Positions 59,844-64,000 of a DNA stretch of 64,000 nt are shown in pieces. The DNA is from Alphaproteobacteria bacterium (GTDB lineage: Bacteria > Pseudomonadota > Alphaproteobacteria > UBA7887): contig CBDCGL010000011.1 of assembly GCA_965216755.1 (NCBI GenBank), positions 4,160,001-4,224,000 of the forward strand. The letters run 5' to 3'. The notes beneath the pieces are model-generated. The model was not told where the DNA came from. It searched no databases and saw only the letters and a program-made list of their open reading frames with translations. The position numbers were made by a program, and so were the translations under genes. Within the stretch, counting starts at the first letter, position 1; each line of letters begins with the position of its first letter.

Positions 59844-60368
59844 TCAGTTTTCGGGCTCGGGCGTCCACGAATCAGCCCGTTGTTCTGCTTTGGCGATTTC
59901 CTCCGCAGTTAGAAACTCACGCAATACCTCTAGATGTCCTTCCGCGCCGGTTCGACCCTGCCGGCTGGCAATCAAGAACCATTTGTAGGATTCGACAAAG
60001 TCCTGTTTGACGCCAAACCCCTCATCCAGCATGAAGCCAAGATTTGTCATCGCCTCTGCAAAGCCCTGTTCGGCGGCGCGCCGATACCATTTGACAGCTT
60101 CGACGTGACTCGCGGGAACCCCGCGGCCCTTGCGGTACATGAACCCGATGTTGTTTTGCGCTTGCGGATCGCCGGCCTTCGCCAGCGGCAGCCAAGCGTT
60201 GAAAGCCGTTTCATAGTCGCGCTTGGCGTAGGCTTCGTTGCCGGCCTCGAATTCGCCGGCTGCCCAGGTCGGCGTGCTAAGCAGCACGATTCCGATCGCC
60301 ACGTTTATTGCTGGCCCGGCAATCCAATGGACAAGCTTCATGGTCAGAATGATCATCCTTCCTCTCAC
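59844..60368 (-). CDS. Sel1-like repeat periplasmic protein
   Basis: AQNNIGFMYRKGRGV, AMTNLGFMLDEGFGV. Confidence 0.88.
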   Translation of the reverse strand: MRGRMIILTMKLVHWIAGPAINVAIGIVLLSTPTWAAGEFEAGNEAYAKRDYETAFNAWLPLAKAGDPQAQNNIGFMYRKGRGVPASHVEAVKWYRRAAEQGFAEAMTNLGFMLDEGFGVKQDFVESYKWFLIASRQGRTGAEGHLEVLREFLTAEEIAKAEQRADSWTPEPEN

Positions 60369-60371
60369 GAC

Positions 60372-60929
60372 TCAGTGGCCGCCACCGCCGCCACCACCAC
60401 CAGCGGATTCAAGGTCGCGGCACATGCGGGATTTGCCAAAGAAGATCGCACAATCGCTTTGTAACAGCGCGTTATCCCGACCCTCGAAATGATCGATAAT
60501 AAACGAGGCGACGTTGGAAATCTGCCGGGCCGATAATAGGTTCCGAGACTTCCCAGGCATATCATCCGCGCCTAAATCTTCCTTGGTGAGGCCTTCGTAG
60601 CATTCGTAAGCTTCGTACGCTTCCTTGCGATGGTATGGCATGCCGGTCGCGGGCCGGCCGCAGGCGATGACCTCAATCAGTTGCTTTTTTGTCAGGAAAT
60701 TTTCGCGGAAGTTGATTGGTGTGCCGCCGTATCCGGGGCCACCCATACCGTGCCATTTGTGGCATACAATGCATCCCGACTTTTTGTATACCGATGCGCC
60801 TGGATGTCCCGCTTGCGGTTGCGCAAATGCCAAATGACTCAATCCGACCGACAATGTTACAAATGCTGCGACGCTCAGGGATAGTAAATGCCAAGTTGGC
60901 CGCGTTCTTGGCCACTTTCCATTATTCAC
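60372..60929 (-). CDS. c-type cytochrome with extra Cys residues and a Gly7-His tail
   Basis: CIVCH, GMP, C-terminal GGGGGGGH; RBS GGAGGGAG. Confidence 0.82.
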   Translation of the reverse strand: MNNGKWPRTRPTWHLLSLSVAAFVTLSVGLSHLAFAQPQAGHPGASVYKKSGCIVCHKWHGMGGPGYGGTPINFRENFLTKKQLIEVIACGRPATGMPYHRKEAYEAYECYEGLTKEDLGADDMPGKSRNLLSARQISNVASFIIDHFEGRDNALLQSDCAIFFGKSRMCRDLESAGGGGGGGGH

Positions 60930-61150
60930 GTTTCTTCTCCCTCCAAGCTCTTTTTATTATCTTAAGCCCTGATAGAGCCCACGACCTGTGCCGAAACGTC
61001 ATACCACAGGTCGTGACGCAGCCGAAATAAGGCCCCATTACGTCTAACCCCCGCGCGTTCGCGTCCAGGGTCGGATTCTGGCTGCAATATTACTGGTGGC
61101 ACCGCGGTTCGCAAGATTCAAGGCCTTCGGCAACGATGCTGCCGGCCCAA

Positions 61151-62491
61151 TCAATCGCACGTGGCGCCGGCCATACCGTCCGAAATCCACGCGACACTGT
61201 CTGTGCCGTCGGGCGGGTTCACGCAGGCGGCCGGGTAGCGAATGACATCTACAATGGTTGGTGCGCCGGTTTCAGGATTGCGCATGAACGTGCCATAGGC
61301 CGTGCTTGTGATCGCCTGATGGCCACCGCCGATGGCCATATCGACTGTCGTACCCAAGCCCTCGAAAGTGAGATACTCAAAGGCATCAATAACCGCGTCT
61401 GTGGTCGGCAGGCTGTCGCCGCCTGCGGCCTTTTCATAGGCCGCCTTAAGGCCAAGCAACGCTTGCGCCATCTGATAGGCTGGATAGGTCGGCGGTGTGC
61501 CATATGCCGCATCAAAGCCCTCACGGAACCATTGGTTCAGCGGTGTGTCGTCGGCAAAGACGCCATAGGGGCCGCGGCCGCCGATCACCACACCTTCGGG
61601 CATGCGGTCACCGAGCAAATACATCATCGTCTCGCCCGTGCTCAGCACCAAAGTGGCGGTATCGTGCAACCCGCGAGCGCCGGCTTGGTTGATGAACGCC
61701 TCCAGGTCGCCGCCCCAAAGACTGGTATGGATGGCCTCAGCACCACTGATCAGCAGTGCCGAGATCTCTGCATTGTATTGCCCGGCAAACAGTTTCGGCC
61801 ATTGTTCGGTGGCGACCTCCATGCCGGGATTAAGGGCGTCCATGGTCAGCGCGTAATCGCGCCAGGAATCCTGGCCCCAGGCGTAGTTTTGATTGATACC
61901 GGCATGGCGTTTGATGTCCGGTGCGCGGTCAAGCACATAGCGCGCCGCCGCGATGCCATCCATGGCCGCGTGTGCCGCTGTGCGAAAGACATAGCGATAG
62001 TCGCGCTCTTCGAAGATGCGCGGCGTCCCACAATCGAAAAACACGGTGAGCGTCTTCAGTTCCTCGGCGATGGGCGCGACGCCCAGGCAGCTGCCACTGG
62101 AGATATAGCCGACCACGGCATCGACACCGCGCCGCTGGACGAGGTTGCGAAACTCGGTCACCTGTTTGGTCGTCCCGCCGGCTTCGTCAATCAGGATCAT
62201 CTCAAGGTTGGCCCCCTTGATCCCCGGCGTGTCATACGGCGCCGGCACGGTGCCCACATTGAGTGCCTCGACGATCATGCTAGCGGCATTCGCCGCCGGC
62301 ACACCAAACGGGCCTGCCGCAGGGCCTGAAAGAAAGGTAACGACCCCGATTTTCAGGGTTTCGGCGCGTACGGCAGGCGCAAGCGCGGACACCAGGGTCA
62401 GAAGCGCCAATACCAACGCAGCATGTGTGAATTTGCCGATGCGTGGGAAGACCACGCTGGGCTTTCTATGTGGGGAATTCAACGCTTTCAT
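61151..62491 (-). CDS. Branched-chain amino acid (LivJ/PBP6)-family substrate-binding protein
   Basis: KIGVVTFLSG, GYISS, NYAWGQD; start reset to MKALN. Confidence 0.85.
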   Translation of the reverse strand: MKALNSPHRKPSVVFPRIGKFTHAALVLALLTLVSALAPAVRAETLKIGVVTFLSGPAAGPFGVPAANAASMIVEALNVGTVPAPYDTPGIKGANLEMILIDEAGGTTKQVTEFRNLVQRRGVDAVVGYISSGSCLGVAPIAEELKTLTVFFDCGTPRIFEERDYRYVFRTAAHAAMDGIAAARYVLDRAPDIKRHAGINQNYAWGQDSWRDYALTMDALNPGMEVATEQWPKLFAGQYNAEISALLISGAEAIHTSLWGGDLEAFINQAGARGLHDTATLVLSTGETMMYLLGDRMPEGVVIGGRGPYGVFADDTPLNQWFREGFDAAYGTPPTYPAYQMAQALLGLKAAYEKAAGGDSLPTTDAVIDAFEYLTFEGLGTTVDMAIGGGHQAITSTAYGTFMRNPETGAPTIVDVIRYPAACVNPPDGTDSVAWISDGMAGATCD

Positions 62492-62498
62492 CCCGCCC

Positions 62499-63089
62499 TC
62501 AACTTTCTGGCGGCGGGTCTTTTGGCGCCAGAATCGGATCGGGCCGATCGAAAAACGTGTATTTGGACTGTGGTGCATGTTCACCCGGCTTTCTCGGCCG
62601 TCGCTCGCTAACTCCGATTTGTCGCGCGCCCTCGACGACCCGGACCTTGGCTTCCTCTACCTCGCGATGAGTCTCGCGGGAATAAGGCAGCCGGTATGCG
62701 CGCGGTTCTTGATCGGGCTGCAACCGCGTGTCGACGGCACCGGGCGTGTAGACGTCGCTTTCCTCGACCGGCCCACCCGGCAATTCCATAACCCACAGAA
62801 TGATCGCGCCCGAGGTCTGCGCGGCTTCGTTCGGTTCGTTGATGACGGCATAAACCAACTCAAAACGATCAGGCAGGCCGGCGTTGGTCGGCCAGCCGCT
62901 GATCTGGCGGATAGATGCAAACTCGACGAAAAAAAAGCCGATCGTGAGCACGATCGCGGCCGCTTTGATCCACCAGCGGAGCCGCGCCCAAATCAAGATC
63001 GCAAGCAGAATGACCGCCAATAAGACGTAGGCGGCGACCAGTTCCAGCTCGCCCAGGGCATATGGCTGTAGGCGGTCGAAAAAACTCAC
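62499..63089 (-). CDS. Hypothetical membrane protein (2 TM plus GWP/EP/EPRAYRLPY domain)
   Basis: Two hydrophobic helices; tightly packed operon. Confidence 0.7.
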   Translation of the reverse strand: MSFFDRLQPYALGELELVAAYVLLAVILLAILIWARLRWWIKAAAIVLTIGFFFVEFASIRQISGWPTNAGLPDRFELVYAVINEPNEAAQTSGAIILWVMELPGGPVEESDVYTPGAVDTRLQPDQEPRAYRLPYSRETHREVEEAKVRVVEGARQIGVSERRPRKPGEHAPQSKYTFFDRPDPILAPKDPPPES

Positions 63090-63091
63090 GG

Positions 63092-63718
63092 CTACGTATT
63101 CCCGTAAAGATCTTTGGGCAGGGTGTTGATGTTGGTCAGGTCGCCGGTCGGCGTCAGGGTGAAACGGACGGCCGTGATCTCGTCACCCTGACCGCGGAGC
63201 TCCACTGTTTCGTAAAAGACCACTTTGACGATCGGGTTGACTTTTTCCACTTTGACCGTGACGGGAATCGGCGGATTGCGGACACTGCTGTTCTCCAGGT
63301 CCCCGGGGTCGTAGGCATACATGTGTACGTTGACGACAAATTCACCCGGAACGATGCCGCGGATTGTCGCAACCTCTTGATTGAGCGGATTGAGCACTGT
63401 GGCGCCGTTGACGGTAATCACATCACGCGTGGTGCCCGTATCATCACGATCCAAATGCATCAGCCCGGCTTCTTTCGCGGCGTACCAAATCAAATTGCCG
63501 CCGGGATCCTGTATCCAGGTGTCAACATCCGACGGATTGCCGTCCGGCCAGGTCACGGTGATCAGAACCTCGGCCTTGGTTTCAATCGTCCCGGTCTTGG
63601 CAATCGGGTTCATGAAGATCAGAGCAACAGCAAACATAAACACGAAGCCGATGAGCGCATTGAATAGCAGATCGGTGAACGCGTCCGCGTTTTCGCGCCG
63701 GTGCTCTCTACGCCGCAT
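63092..63718 (-). CDS. Single-TM protein with MotB/ExbD-like Asp helix
   Basis: AFTDLLFNAL TM segment, DVDTW, LDRDDTG, NQE. Confidence 0.7.
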   Translation of the reverse strand: MRRREHRRENADAFTDLLFNALIGFVFMFAVALIFMNPIAKTGTIETKAEVLITVTWPDGNPSDVDTWIQDPGGNLIWYAAKEAGLMHLDRDDTGTTRDVITVNGATVLNPLNQEVATIRGIVPGEFVVNVHMYAYDPGDLENSSVRNPPIPVTVKVEKVNPIVKVVFYETVELRGQGDEITAVRFTLTPTGDLTNINTLPKDLYGNT

Positions 63719-64000
63719 GGCGTGTCTCGGTCGAATCTGTCTGCTCGAGCGCCGGTACCACATAGACCTCGGTGATCTCGGTGGTCATAGAGATCACCTC
63801 ATCCGTGCTGCCTTCAAGAAAAAAGTACTGTAATTTCAATAGCATTCCGCCGATCAGACCGCACAAGGTCGTGTACAGCGCGACGGCCATGCCCGACGAC
63901 ATGGACGACAACACTTGGCGCATCGACGCCACGTCAATGGCCTCGACCGCGGCCAGCGGGCCGAGCATCAAGATGAACCCTACCACTGTGCCGAGCAGGC
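63708..64000 (-). CDS. MotA/TolQ/ExbB proton channel family protein (5' end outside window)
   Basis: LLGTVVGFI...GMAVALYTTLCG. Confidence 0.82.
   Translation of the reverse strand, partial: LLGTVVGFILMLGPLAAVEAIDVASMRQVLSSMSSGMAVALYTTLCGLIGGMLLKLQYFFLEGSTDEVISMTTEITEVYVVPALEQTDSTETRHAA

Noticed and set aside
61136-62329. 397-aa plus-strand ORF (similar cases at 49825-50766 and 52323-53264)
   Set aside because: Antisense to well-supported genes, as expected at high GC
1-64000. CRISPR array, tRNA/rRNA, integrase, prophage or a second pqqA copy
   Set aside because: None seen by eye; short elements could be missed without a computational scan

Overview
GC-rich bacterial chromosomal window, probably alphaproteobacterial (inferred from a CtrA-like box, an RT0821-type lipoprotein and the DUF993 cluster), with about 55 supportable CDSs. 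I found no rRNA, tRNA, CRISPR array or intact transposase by eye. In order: an acyl-CoA catabolic operon (MaoC, CoA-racemase, DUF35, thiolase-like); an M48 peptidase divergent from an unusual pqqA-pqqD-pqqE unit, where pqqA is a 24-aa peptide missed by the ORF track, pqqB and pqqC are absent, and the unit continues into a micro-ORF, a PuuD-like membrane protein, SerC, a second radical SAM enzyme and cytochrome b561; cNMP-patatin, PPK2, a luciferase-like monooxygenase and a sugar ABC transporter; an orphan histidine kinase; small catabolic genes; a FeeM-like N-acyltransferase plus VAO/PCMH flavoprotein plus membrane PAS-GGDEF-EAL trio; a HerA-like ATPase with a DsbA-like protein; a fused 2-oxoacid dehydrogenase E1; an orphan sugar or sugar-acid catabolic region (TTT transporter, DUF993, DHDPS-like, twin atypical SDRs); and a PQQ dehydrogenase with a lanthanide-type DYD motif facing a cytochrome c/Sel1/MotA-like operon, with a long hairpin element between them. 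The best candidates for an undescribed system are the pqqADE locus lacking B/C, the FeeM/FeeG-like signal module, and the PQQ dehydrogenase accessory operon. All calls come from motif reading only; no searches were run.
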